Shown: piece by piece, positions 1 to 8,969 of the stretch
Layout of the letters: each line of letters begins with the position of its first letter
Numbering within the stretch: the stretch's first letter is position 1
IMG/VR virus record: IMGVR_UViG_3300009179_000013
Span: 1 to 25,887 of that record
Source of the DNA: a virus
Taxonomy: Duplodnaviria > Caudoviricetes
DNA length: 25,887 nucleotides
Strand: one strand, 5' to 3'
Notes under the pieces: model-generated
Told to the model about the DNA's origin: nothing
What the model saw: the letters and a program-made list of their open reading frames with translations, nothing else
Database searches by the model: none
Program-made: the position numbers and the translations under genes

Positions 1-25
1 ACACTTGCCCTCAAACGAAGAACCT

Positions 26-319
26 CTAGTCATGAGAATCCCTATACGCCTTGATGCAGGTACGGATGATGGTGAAGGTTGAGTAGAACGAAAAGAACTT
101 CGGCCCCTCTTTGTACAGCGAGCCGATCCAACCAAACAGAACGGTAAGCACCAAGAAGACCGGGACAATGACCGCAAAGCGGATCAGAATCTTACCGGGT
201 TTCGCTCCGTGCAAACGCGAGATTACCCCGATTGCTGTAGGCAACTGCTGCGCACACAGCATGAACTTCGTGAAGGCGAAGGCGAAGTAGGCAAACAACA
301 GATACGAGAGAACGTCCAT
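26..319 (-). CDS. small hypothetical membrane protein
   Basis: 97-aa ORF with two hydrophobic stretches and a strong SD (AGGAGG) upstream; same strand as the operon. Confidence 0.6.
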   Translation of the reverse strand: MDVLSYLLFAYFAFAFTKFMLCAQQLPTAIGVISRLHGAKPGKILIRFAVIVPVFLVLTVLFGWIGSLYKEGPKFFSFYSTFTIIRTCIKAYRDSHD

Positions 320-373
320 GAAATCCTCCTATTTGGAGGTTATATTATCCGGCCCCCAGAACTCGCTGTCTGT

Positions 374-2323
374 CTACACAAACCGGGGGGCGTCTAGCCT
401 GTCATCGAAGTCACGACGTTGACTCGCCTCGTACTGGGCGTCATCCTGAGCGGCGGGTAGCCACGACGAGCGGCGCTCGACCATGACGGTGTACGCACCG
501 CAAACGGCGTCCGCTACATCCTTGCTGCCGTGGACGGGGTGGTCAATTTTGCTAGTAGTCTCATCATACTCCAAGTCGAATAGCTCAGAAACAAGCACTG
601 GGTTGTCCAGCAACTTCAGCCGCCCATCATTGATGGCGTCACGAAACTGCTTGTAGGGGACATCGGTCTTGTCAACGGACACATGACCTGTCCGCATCCC
701 CTCTTTCTTCCATTGCTGCCGGGATTCAGTGGACATGAAACCGTCATAGGTGACTACCTTGATCGGGTAACCATACCTATCGCGGAGCATCTTGACCCAC
801 ATCCGAACTTCAGCGATCTGAATCTCGTTCTGGGCATCCGGCTCAATACTCATCGCCAGTTCTACCGTCCCCTCTGGCAACATCTCAACCATATCGTTCT
901 GCCGCGTCACCTTACGCAGCCCGTCGAACCGAACCATGGCTACGCCGCAGCGGTCTCCGGTGGTTGAAAGGTCAATGTGGACGTAGCGCGGGCGCGAGGG
1001 GTTCGTGCAGTAGTGACCTGAGCGGACAACAGGCATCCCATCGACGCCCAAGACTACGTTGTCCTTGAGCAAGAACGATTCCAGCCCGTCTTCTCTCCCC
1101 GCCTCGACGCATTCCAGAATCTTGAAACGACGGCGGAAGAACGGGAACACGGAACTGGTAGAGACCCCGACGATATCCCTCAGCGCATCGTGCGGGTTCT
1201 TGACAAAATCATCCCGGTACTCGACAGGTACGTCAAGCACAAGCGAGCCGTCCGGTACCTGTTCGTTCTCGTTGAGTACGCGAGTGTCGGAAAGAACGTC
1301 GTTACCGACCAGAAGCCGAAAGGTCTCCCCGGAGTATCGATCCTGCGGCCAGACCTCGTACTGCTTCTTGTTGTAGATGTAGACGCCTTTTTCTTTTACC
1401 TTGTCGATGTGATCCTTGCGCTTGTCAGTGAAGTCGCCTTTGTAGCGGGTGGACGAGGAGACGATCACAACGCCAATCTGCGGACCCTGCGTGATGAAGC
1501 GGCTTTTCTTCCGGCGGGTCATCGCCTCGTAGATCGTCTGGGCTTGGTCGTACATACCAGCCCGCCCGCTGGTGACCTCAGCCTTCTTCGACTTCATGAC
1601 GATGCTCATGAAATTGATTTCATCGATGACCCCGCCAATCACGGCCTCACCGAGAATCGAGTCAGCATCGGCCCCGCCGACGGCCACCCGAATGTTCTTG
1701 TCGCTGAAGTAAATCTCAGACTCGACAAGCTTGTCCAGACGAAGGTGTTCACGAAACCAAGGAATATCCTCAATCATCTTCCGAAGCGGCTGATAGACAA
1801 CCTTCTTCGTCACGTGCGGCTTTGCCGCCATGATCGGGAAGACGATGGAGGTAGCCTTCGGCAGGCCGTAAACGGACTGCGGCTGCTTCAAGCAACCTAG
1901 GATGTGCAAGTGGTAAAGCGTGGTGACCTGACAGATCGTTGTCTTGCCGGTAGAGGTCGCCCCCATGAGTACGGCTTCGGCGTACGCGCCGTAGTCGATG
2001 CCTCTCCACCAATTCTGGTTGATCTGTACTACAGCTTCCCGGACTTCCGGCCACATCGTCAAGTCGGTGGCACCGAGAAACTCCCGCCCGTCTAGGAAGT
2101 TTTCGATAGAGACAGGCGGTTGCTCTAGATGGGTCATGAAGCTGTAGAGAGTCCCGTCGTTCTCGGTCAAACGACGACGCAGCGCCTCGACGTACATATC
2201 CCCGAACATGGGGTTCTGAAAACCAGCCGCCGCCTCTTTCGCCCGCTCTAGGATTTCCTGCTCTCTACGAGAAAGCCTAACCTCCACAACAGGACGAGAC
2301 CGTCTTACTTGAATGGCCGTCAT
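374..2323 (-). CDS. terL: terminase large subunit
   Basis: Walker A GATSTGKT, Walker B GGVIDE, coupling motif VSSS, and C-terminal RNase H-like nuclease motifs HIDLS, TYDGF and HGSKDVADA. Confidence 0.92.
   Translation of the reverse strand: MTAIQVRRSRPVVEVRLSRREQEILERAKEAAAGFQNPMFGDMYVEALRRRLTENDGTLYSFMTHLEQPPVSIENFLDGREFLGATDLTMWPEVREAVVQINQNWWRGIDYGAYAEAVLMGATSTGKTTICQVTTLYHLHILGCLKQPQSVYGLPKATSIVFPIMAAKPHVTKKVVYQPLRKMIEDIPWFREHLRLDKLVESEIYFSDKNIRVAVGGADADSILGEAVIGGVIDEINFMSIVMKSKKAEVTSGRAGMYDQAQTIYEAMTRRKKSRFITQGPQIGVVIVSSSTRYKGDFTDKRKDHIDKVKEKGVYIYNKKQYEVWPQDRYSGETFRLLVGNDVLSDTRVLNENEQVPDGSLVLDVPVEYRDDFVKNPHDALRDIVGVSTSSVFPFFRRRFKILECVEAGREDGLESFLLKDNVVLGVDGMPVVRSGHYCTNPSRPRYVHIDLSTTGDRCGVAMVRFDGLRKVTRQNDMVEMLPEGTVELAMSIEPDAQNEIQIAEVRMWVKMLRDRYGYPIKVVTYDGFMSTESRQQWKKEGMRTGHVSVDKTDVPYKQFRDAINDGRLKLLDNPVLVSELFDLEYDETTSKIDHPVHGSKDVADAVCGAYTVMVERRSSWLPAAQDDAQYEASQRRDFDDRLDAPRFV
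1609..1622. repeat. 14-bp palindrome copy 1 (TGAAATTGATTTCA)
   Basis: One central mismatch; overlaps the terL Walker B codons (DEINFM). Confidence 0.8.
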
Positions 2324-3108
2324 AGCTCCATCGTCTCTGCGTCGTCACCAGAAAACGAACCGAGCGGATTGGGGACCGCCTCGGTACGCGCATCGCGGCG
2401 GGTCTCGCCCAGCAACTCCTCAGTGAGCGTAAGGAGCCGTTGAATGTCGGTCTGAGCGCCCTCGCCCGCGCCCTTACGGAAGCGAAGCGTGTCATAGACA
2501 CCGGCTGCTTGGAAGAAGCGGTGCATGTCGTTGTGCGAAGCCAGCGCCGTCCGCATCGCGGCAAGGCGCATAGGCATCGGCGTGTTGCTGTTCGACGCCG
2601 CCCGCATCGCCATCGCCTGCACTTCCTCGTAGAAGCCTTTGGAGTTCCCGATCATCACTTCGATGTCGAGTTCCTTCGCTGCGTGGCGAAGACGCTCCTT
2701 AAGCTCCAACCTATCACGAATGACGGTGCTGACAGAGACCCCAAGGTTGGCGGCAATCTCGTCAAGGGGTAGGTTGCGCATCAACAAACGATGCAGCAAT
2801 TGCAGCCGGTATTCCCGCTCGTACTCACTCGACCGGGAGCGTACCTGAGCAAGACGATTCGACGGGGTGAACTCTTCGGAGTTCGTGGTCGCCCGGACCA
2901 TCTCAGATTGCTGATCGTCCGTCAAACGACGCGTCTCAGGAACAGCAGACAGAACCTCGGCGTTGAGGTCTTCTACTGCATCATCCTCGTCGGCAACGTC
3001 CGCCGCACCGGCAGTGGACTGACCCAGCCCGCTGCCGCTAAAAGACAACCCAGAACGCCGATTGATACGACGACGGCGCGGGTTTGACTCAGGAGCATCT
3101 ACGGACAT
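2320..3108 (-). CDS. putative terminase small subunit (HTH plus helical oligomerisation region)
   Basis: Directly upstream of terL with an ATGA overlap; HTH LDEIAANLGVSVSTVIRD. Start moved to the ATG at 3108 (MSVDAP), which overlaps the upstream TGA. Confidence 0.7.
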   Translation of the reverse strand: MSVDAPESNPRRRRINRRSGLSFSGSGLGQSTAGAADVADEDDAVEDLNAEVLSAVPETRRLTDDQQSEMVRATTNSEEFTPSNRLAQVRSRSSEYEREYRLQLLHRLLMRNLPLDEIAANLGVSVSTVIRDRLELKERLRHAAKELDIEVMIGNSKGFYEEVQAMAMRAASNSNTPMPMRLAAMRTALASHNDMHRFFQAAGVYDTLRFRKGAGEGAQTDIQRLLTLTEELLGETRRDARTEAVPNPLGSFSGDDAETMEL

Positions 3109-3845
3109 CAAAACCTCCGATATCCCAGTAACGTACTGAACTGAAGCCAGCGAGTAGTTTCGTGGGATTGAACCCCAAGCATCGCTAGCCTGCGAGCAAG
3201 GTCCGAGTAGGCAACCGGCCACATAGAGTTCTTCAGCGCCTCCGTCTTGGCGTCAATCTCCTCCTGCGTGTAGCCGTTGTCCCTGCGAAACAGATAGTAC
3301 TCGTCATTGAAATCGATTTCAAATGCGGGATTGAGGATGCGGTCTTTCTGACCGAACACGACCGCCCCGCCGATTTTCGTACTATCTACAAGCCAGTGAA
3401 GAGCGTCTGACTTGCGCTCCTCCGGTACGAACTGTAGCGTGTAGAGACAGAAGAGAACATCCGCCTTTTCCGCCAAAGGCTGCATGAACGCAATGTCTCC
3501 GATAATCGGCGTGACTGTCGGGAACTCCCGCGTCAGACGGTCCATCATGTGTCCCGACGCGTCCACGGCGTACCCGCGCAAGCCCGTCTCAGCGAACGGC
3601 TTCCGTAGCTGGCGCTCTATGTTCCGAAAGAGATGCCCCGTCGAGGAGCCGACATCGACTACCACAGCCCCCGGCTGAAGCGCCTTCCACACCAAAGAAA
3701 CGTGAAGACGGTGAACTTCGTTGTACAGCGGGATGCTGCGAGGAGCCATGTTATCGAAGATCGATGCAACCTCGTCATCGAACTTGAACAGGTCTCTTCG
3801 TTTGGGAAGATGGACTGGATCGCCAGCCCCGGACTCGACCGACAT
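3108..3845 (-). CDS. CmoA-like (carboxy-SAM synthase family) SAM-dependent enzyme
   Basis: Colinear with E. coli CmoA motifs: FKFDDEVASIFDNMAPRSIPLY, VDVGSSTG, AVDAS, GDI, YTLQF, FRRDNGYTQEEI. Start at 3845 follows SD AGGAGG. Confidence 0.85.
   Translation of the reverse strand: MSVESGAGDPVHLPKRRDLFKFDDEVASIFDNMAPRSIPLYNEVHRLHVSLVWKALQPGAVVVDVGSSTGHLFRNIERQLRKPFAETGLRGYAVDASGHMMDRLTREFPTVTPIIGDIAFMQPLAEKADVLFCLYTLQFVPEERKSDALHWLVDSTKIGGAVVFGQKDRILNPAFEIDFNDEYYLFRRDNGYTQEEIDAKTEALKNSMWPVAYSDLARRLAMLGVQSHETTRWLQFSTLLGYRRF
3308..3321. repeat. 14-bp palindrome copy 2 (TGAAATCGATTTCA)
   Basis: Perfect, extends to 16 bp; inside the CmoA-like gene. Confidence 0.9.
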
Positions 3846-3904
3846 AGAACCTCCTGCTAGTGCCACCATGGATGGCCTAGTATAGCCCAGCGAAAAGAGA
3901 GAAG

Positions 3905-4180
3905 CTACTTCAGTATGGAGTCGTCTTGGCGGGCCGACTTTTCAACCCATTTCTGGGTCACATTGCCCGCGATGTACGCCCCTACGGTAGCGATCAACAC
4001 CGCCGAGTATACCCCGTCCCCGATCTTGGCAAACCACACCAAAAGCGTGACAGATAGCAACGTCGCGAGACACAGCAGAAACTTACGCGAGGTAAGTCTA
4101 GGGATTTGCGCCGCGAGTGGCGTAGGCAGGGGCGTGGTCTGAGTAACCGTTACGGTACCTACGATGGTGGGATCGGTCAT
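3905..4180 (-). CDS. small two-TM membrane protein, possibly holin-like
   Basis: LTSRKFLL followed by two TM helices and GAYIAGN, a pattern seen in small phage holins. No endolysin is adjacent. Confidence 0.5.
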   Translation of the reverse strand: MTDPTIVGTVTVTQTTPLPTPLAAQIPRLTSRKFLLCLATLLSVTLLVWFAKIGDGVYSAVLIATVGAYIAGNVTQKWVEKSARQDDSILK

Positions 4181-4512
4181 TTGCTTCTCCGTACACGTTT
4201 GGTTGACGTACCAGCATTCAAGGAGTCAACGAGCGTCTTGCTGATGTGCGTCATCTCAGCATGAAGATCGTTCAGCTTTGCTTGGTACTTGTCGGTAAAC
4301 CGAAGCAGCGCCTCTTCTTCCTCCTCGGTATCCACGATAGCCGAGTACTCATGCGTGAACGACTCCCGGCCACTCTCCGTGGTGAAGTACGCTCGCTGCC
4401 CTGCTACGCGAGTAATCTTGCCGCCCTTGAGATACCAAGGGAAGAAATCCGTAGACCGCCCGCGCACCAAAAGAATCCGACCAACCGCAGGTTGTTTATC
4501 GACTGCCATCAC
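4177..4512 (-). CDS. hypothetical protein
   Basis: 111-aa ORF with ATGA overlaps at both ends. Confidence 0.7.
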   Translation of the reverse strand: MMAVDKQPAVGRILLVRGRSTDFFPWYLKGGKITRVAGQRAYFTTESGRESFTHEYSAIVDTEEEEEALLRFTDKYQAKLNDLHAEMTHISKTLVDSLNAGTSTKRVRRSK

Positions 4513-4859
4513 TCTCTCCTTAACCGAATGAGCCGTGTTCGTACCTGTACCACCGCCGCCTTTGGTGTCTCTTTCGCCTTCGGCGTTTCTGCCGCCTTCG
4601 GTAACATCCCTCCGGTTGCAAACGGCGGCACTACTGGCGTGTCAACCGGAAAGACGTTGATCCTAAACGGGTCACCTATATACTGCTCAACTACCTCGTC
4701 CACTATCTCTATCGTGGTACGCTGACCATGGCACTCCAACCCGAACCAGTAGGTTCGGACAAACTGGTTACGCATCCCCTCGACGCGTTCGACCGGTTTC
4801 TGACAACGTAAGCACCAAAACCTAACGCAGTCGTCAACCGTCTGGCGAAGTACCGCCAT
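4509..4859 (-). CDS. hypothetical protein, possible Zn-binding (CLRC...CHG)
   Basis: SD AGGAG upstream; coupled to the next gene. Confidence 0.65.
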   Translation of the reverse strand: MAVLRQTVDDCVRFWCLRCQKPVERVEGMRNQFVRTYWFGLECHGQRTTIEIVDEVVEQYIGDPFRINVFPVDTPVVPPFATGGMLPKAAETPKAKETPKAAVVQVRTRLIRLRRE

Positions 4860-4869
4860 CTCAGTTCTC

Positions 4870-6372
4870 CTACAGCTTTACCCCCAACCGCTTGCCGAAG
4901 CACTTCTTCGCGTAGGCCGACAAGCCCATTCGCGTATTGTCCGCGTAAGGCAATTCGAACTCAAGCTCCAGCGCTTGCGCGACTACTTTTGGGTTGATTC
5001 CTTTAGGTGCCGACAGCCTGAAGTAGAAGACGTTGCCTCCCGGCCAGTAGTCTCGCTTGTTCCACAGGCGGGCGAACATCGCGTCCGCTTCCTCCTGCGT
5101 GTGAAACTTCTGAATCTTGGGGTTCTTGATTACGTCCCCGACCCGAACACCGGGTTCAGAATCAAAGACGAAGTAGTTAGCATTGCGAATGCCGCCGTAC
5201 TCATAATTGAAATCTGATACGTCGCGGCACGTACCGTAGATAACTGTGTCCTTGCTAGAGAGTGCATGGACGATGGCAAGGACTGCCATCCTGTCTTTCG
5301 GAAAGGGTACGGAGTTGAGTACAGATGCGAGGAAGATAGACGTAAACCTGCGCCCATCCGCAACTTCATCCAGAAACCGCCGCGCCTCGCGCTTCGATAG
5401 CTCAGGACACGGCTTGCCCTTGTCTTTCTCTTGATCGATCCGGTACGGCTCAAAGTCGATACAGTCCATCCCCTTCCCTGTGAGGAACGGCGCAACCTTA
5501 CCCAGACCGGCCCCGAAGTCGAGGAGGGACTGTCCGTGCAAGTCACGGAACTTCCGCCAGTAATCAACGGAATATGAGTTGGCGTCCAGTAGCGTTCGGC
5601 ATCCGTTAGCCCAGAATCGATAAGCCTTTGGTACAGCGCCCCGGTTATTTTGCGGCCGACGGTACGCAGAAAATCTGAGAACATCAGCAAACTCCTCGTC
5701 AACGTGGAAGTCCATCGACAGGTAGTTGAGGAAGGTCAAAGCAACATCCGCCATGTCATCCGGTATGGTGATTACCGGCCATGTCGTGACTCCGTTCTCC
5801 TTGGCGTTGAACAGACGATGGATGCCGTTGATGACCCGCCCCGACTCCGAAACAACGATAGGGATGTGAATCCCTAGCCGCAGCATGTTCTCAGCCATTA
5901 CGGCGGCTTTCTTGTCGTACTTGCCTGCCTCGCCTGCGCCCAAACCTTTGATGGGCTTTTCAGCCGCGTGCAGGGCGTACCAGTCTTCGCCTTCAAAGTC
6001 CGGTAGCTCCTCCGCTGCCTCTAGCACATCGGCGTAGTGGAGCCTTTCAGAAGCTTTCAGACCGGTATCGAACGCGCTGAAGTCGTTCGTCGCGCGGTTG
6101 AAGACGATGTTGATGCCCTTGATGTCCGACTCTTTCAGTTCGACTATGACCGTGGGGACTTTCTTGATCCCCAAAGCTTTAGCGACGGTCAACCGCTGGT
6201 GGCCGGAAAGCAGCATCCCGTCTTTCGTGGCGTAGACCGGCATGATGAAGCCAAGCTTCGTGATGCTCAATTGCAACAGCGCCATCCGCGCTTGGTCTGG
6301 CTTGCGCGGGTTAGTCTCGTCGGGGTGCAATCGATCAGTGGGGATCGCTGATACCTTTGAAATCGATTTCAT
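4870..6372 (-). CDS. tandem ParB/Srx-domain plus SAM-dependent methyltransferase fusion
   Basis: First ParB domain (NPRK...SITKLGFIMPV...LLSGHQRL), second ParB domain (PIVVSESGRVINGIHRL), and a C-terminal Rossmann MTase (LLDFGAGLGK, DFEPY, FLASVLNSVP). Confidence 0.8.
   Translation of the reverse strand: MKSISKVSAIPTDRLHPDETNPRKPDQARMALLQLSITKLGFIMPVYATKDGMLLSGHQRLTVAKALGIKKVPTVIVELKESDIKGINIVFNRATNDFSAFDTGLKASERLHYADVLEAAEELPDFEGEDWYALHAAEKPIKGLGAGEAGKYDKKAAVMAENMLRLGIHIPIVVSESGRVINGIHRLFNAKENGVTTWPVITIPDDMADVALTFLNYLSMDFHVDEEFADVLRFSAYRRPQNNRGAVPKAYRFWANGCRTLLDANSYSVDYWRKFRDLHGQSLLDFGAGLGKVAPFLTGKGMDCIDFEPYRIDQEKDKGKPCPELSKREARRFLDEVADGRRFTSIFLASVLNSVPFPKDRMAVLAIVHALSSKDTVIYGTCRDVSDFNYEYGGIRNANYFVFDSEPGVRVGDVIKNPKIQKFHTQEEADAMFARLWNKRDYWPGGNVFYFRLSAPKGINPKVVAQALELEFELPYADNTRMGLSAYAKKCFGKRLGVKL
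6358..6371. repeat. 14-bp palindrome copy 3
   Basis: Perfect; overlaps the start codon of the ParB-MTase gene. Confidence 0.9.
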
Positions 6373-6375
6373 CGC

Positions 6376-6642
6376 TTACCCGCTATGCCTAGTGTTCCAG
6401 AGATTGAGAGCGTTTCGCCGGTCTGTCTGGATGTCGCTATCGGCTAACGACCTACGAACGTGGGTGTGTTCAGAAGTCTGTGGCCCAAGAGTCCCGCAGT
6501 GGTTGCAACATACGCGGTGGCAGGAGTACGCAAACTTTCTCGGTCTACCCGCCTTATCGTACTGGACTTCCCTTCGTATCTCGGCAACCGGCCGTAGCTC
6601 AACATCACGACTTCCGCAATACGGACACGGATGTAACTCCAT
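6376..6642 (-). CDS. Lar-family restriction alleviation / Zn-ribbon protein
   Basis: ELHPCPYCGS...VCCNHCG...ALNLWNTR matches the Lar-family pattern. Confidence 0.75.
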   Translation of the reverse strand: MELHPCPYCGSRDVELRPVAEIRREVQYDKAGRPRKFAYSCHRVCCNHCGTLGPQTSEHTHVRRSLADSDIQTDRRNALNLWNTRHSG

Positions 6643-7002
6643 CTACGAACCTTCCTCGGCGCGGCTACACAGCCATACGATCTGCGGCCGACCTCCGGGG
6701 AGCGTACGCTTCATCGTTGTAGCAACGATCAAGCCACGTGCCTCTAAAGTCCTCATGCGAGGCGAAATAGAGTCACGCGGGGTCTGCAACGCCAAAGCAA
6801 GCTCACCTGTCGTTAGTCCTGCATTCGGCCGCTGGTGTAGTACGTACAAGATATCCCGTTGCAGTCTTGCTAGATCGTCCGGACCCTCCCTACCAGCTTG
6901 CGAAGTCTCCGGATCATCCCTGCGTGCGCGTGGCGGTTCGCGCAACTCCGCTAAGTACGCTAAGCGCTCCGCAGTAGTCATTCCACCAATTAGATTCGGC
7001 AT
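6643..7002 (-). CDS. winged-HTH DNA-binding protein
   Basis: ARRDDPETS motif, then GLTTGELALAL...SISPRMRTLEARGLI...GRPQIVW. Confidence 0.75.
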   Translation of the reverse strand: MPNLIGGMTTAERLAYLAELREPPRARRDDPETSQAGREGPDDLARLQRDILYVLHQRPNAGLTTGELALALQTPRDSISPRMRTLEARGLIVATTMKRTLPGGRPQIVWLCSRAEEGS

Positions 7003-7005
7003 CTT

Positions 7006-7695
7006 CTACGTCTCCGTAATCCCCAACCGCCGCTTCAGGTCTTCAACAATCTCTGTCTCGTTGTAGTCATGCAAGGTGCGAATACCGTCTACCCAAGTGC
7101 GGTAGTCGGTCGCAGAGATGAAAAAGACGAGTTCGCCAAGGACAAACCTAGCGGTCGCCGGGGCGCGGCGCTCAGTCCTACGCAGCCGTTCCTGCGCCTC
7201 TAGCGTGACTAGCCCTTCCGTAGAGAGGCAATCGTCCGCGACCATCTGGCCCAAGCAATCCAGTTCCTCCCGCGTCCAACCGAAGTCGGTAAGGGTAAGA
7301 CCGGAGTCCTTGAGCTTGGCTATCTCCCCGGACAGCAAGTCGAAGTCCCACTTGGCAAGCTCAGCAACCTTGTTATCGATGAGACGAAAAGCGGCAATCT
7401 GCTCTTCGCTGAGATGGTCCGCGCGAATCGCCGGTACCTCAGCCATGCCAAGCTTCTTGGCGGCTTCGACGCGAGTATGACCGGCAACGAGAACGTTGTC
7501 GGAATCGACAACGACAGGAATGAGAAAACCGAAATTGGAAATCGACGCAGCTACGGAATCTATCGCCGCCGCGTTGTCTCTAGGGTTGTAGTCGTACGGT
7601 ACCAGAGAGTTAACGTCCACGTACGCTAGATTGATCCGCACGTTGGTTGGTGCCGGTGCCTTGCCTCGCGCCCGCGATCTACGCTGAACGGTCAT
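7006..7695 (-). CDS. ParB/Srx N-terminal domain protein
   Basis: LVPYDYNPRDN, SISNFGFLIPVVVD, VAGHTRVEAA, FRLIDNK, WDFDLL are typical of phage ParB-like proteins. Confidence 0.88.
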   Translation of the reverse strand: MTVQRRSRARGKAPAPTNVRINLAYVDVNSLVPYDYNPRDNAAAIDSVAASISNFGFLIPVVVDSDNVLVAGHTRVEAAKKLGMAEVPAIRADHLSEEQIAAFRLIDNKVAELAKWDFDLLSGEIAKLKDSGLTLTDFGWTREELDCLGQMVADDCLSTEGLVTLEAQERLRRTERRAPATARFVLGELVFFISATDYRTWVDGIRTLHDYNETEIVEDLKRRLGITET

Positions 7696-7704
7696 GCTTC
7701 CTCC

Positions 7705-7740
7705 AAAATGGAGAATGGGGGCGACAGTGCGCCCCCATCC
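7705..7740 (-). terminator. probable intrinsic terminator after the 385-aa gene
   Basis: Minus strand reads ATGGGGGCG-cactgt-CGCCCCCAT followed by TCTCCATTTT. Confidence 0.55.
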
Positions 7741-7764
7741 CTACCTCAAACTACTTCCTGCCGG

Positions 7765-8922
7765 TTAGGCGGCGGCGCGGGCTTTATCCTTGGTAGGAGC
7801 AGCCTTAGCCTTCGTCTTGGCCGGTTTCTCCGGAGCAATCGGGTGTTCCGCCGCCCACTCCATGACGATGTGTTCAAAAGCTTGGTCAAGGTTCTTGAAC
7901 TCCATCGCGGAAGCGACCGCTTGCAGGACTTCCTCGACCGCCGCCGCTTGGTCTTCGAACAGACGGAACTTGAAGGTCTTGAGGACTTTCTTCTCACCCT
8001 TCGTGCCGCCGACTTCCTTGTACGAAGTCTTGATGTTCTCGACCAGATCGGCAACCGTGTTGTTCTCGGCCAGTTCCAGAAGCTCCGCTGCCGTGTCTTC
8101 CGTCATAACGGCGGCGATCTTGGCGGCTTTCGCCCAACCGATCTGCGCAACCTTTTCCGCGTCCAGACCGAACTTGTTCCACTTGTAGTAGATGTCGATC
8201 AGGTACATCGCCTTGCGGTACTCGACGTTCAGTTGCTCAAGGACGTACAGGCCAAAGCCGCCCTTTTCGCTGTACCGCTTGTCGAGTTCGGTGTACGCCC
8301 CGGACTTGCGAACGTGAAACAGGACGCCGCCCAGTTTGTATTCGATTGCCGACGCCTCTTCCGAGACTTCCTTGGCGAGCGCCAGAACGTCGTCCGACGC
8401 GTTGACCAGTTCGACAATCTCTTGGTCTTCGTCGTCTTCGGACAGGTCGGCGTAGGGGTCGGCCGACTCAGCTTCCGCTTCCTCGGTCTCTGCCTTCGCT
8501 TTCTTGGCGGGCTTCGCAGCGACCTTCTTCGCCGCCTTAGCTGCGGTTTTCTTCGGCGCAGCCTTAGCCGCCTTCTTCGGCGCGGGAGCCTCTTCCTCGT
8601 CCGCCTCAGCCTCATCCTCCTCCACTTCCGCTACCGGCTTGCGGCCTTTCGCGGGAGTTGCCTTAGCGGCGGGCTTGCCCTTGGCGGCAGGAAGAGTGAA
8701 CTCTTCTTCGAAGACTTCAAGCTCCATCGTCTCCGGATTGGTATCGGAGACTTTCTTCTTCGGGTTGAAGTCCGGGTTGTCAATCCGCACCATGACGGAG
8801 TTGTTGTCGGAGTTGACTTCGTGGACCGTGTACTCCTCGCCCTCCTCCAACAGCGTTTGACCTTCTTCCGGGGGTTCCGAGTAGCCCTTGAAAACGATCT
8901 TGTCACCAACCTTGATCTTCAT
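7765..8922 (-). CDS. putative DNA-binding/nucleoid-like protein with K/A/P-rich histone H1-like linker and acidic tracts
   Basis: N-terminal beta domain; APAPKKAAKAAPKKTAAKAAKKVAAKPAKKAK between E/D-rich runs; helical C-terminal domain reminiscent of DUF3102; SD GGAAAGG. Confidence 0.65.
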   Translation of the reverse strand: MKIKVGDKIVFKGYSEPPEEGQTLLEEGEEYTVHEVNSDNNSVMVRIDNPDFNPKKKVSDTNPETMELEVFEEEFTLPAAKGKPAAKATPAKGRKPVAEVEEDEAEADEEEAPAPKKAAKAAPKKTAAKAAKKVAAKPAKKAKAETEEAEAESADPYADLSEDDEDQEIVELVNASDDVLALAKEVSEEASAIEYKLGGVLFHVRKSGAYTELDKRYSEKGGFGLYVLEQLNVEYRKAMYLIDIYYKWNKFGLDAEKVAQIGWAKAAKIAAVMTEDTAAELLELAENNTVADLVENIKTSYKEVGGTKGEKKVLKTFKFRLFEDQAAAVEEVLQAVASAMEFKNLDQAFEHIVMEWAAEHPIAPEKPAKTKAKAAPTKDKARAAA

Positions 8923-8969
8923 GGTTCACCTTTCCATTTCTAGTTGAAAAACCCTTTCGGGATGACTCG

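Noticed and set aside
320-373. Possible promoter and SD-sequestering hairpin CCTCC-aaata-GGAGG before the 97-aa gene
   Set aside because: Weak -35 match and only a 5-bp stem; not enough support.
3109-3222. Longer N-terminal extensions in the ORF track (terS, and likewise the RuvC-like, Cas4-like and 163-aa ORFs)
   Set aside because: They overlap upstream genes; internal starts at stop/start junctions are more plausible.
6242-7066. 274-aa plus-strand ORF and the other short plus-strand ORFs
   Set aside because: They overlap well-supported minus-strand genes and show no motifs.
8500-8690. Short repeated DNA words (GCCTTCTTC, GCCTTAGC)
   Set aside because: Explained by the Lys/Ala-rich protein repeats, not an independent DNA repeat.
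7708-8943. 411-aa plus-strand ORF
   Set aside because: Antisense shadow of the strongly codon-biased 385-aa gene; no SD or recognisable domain.
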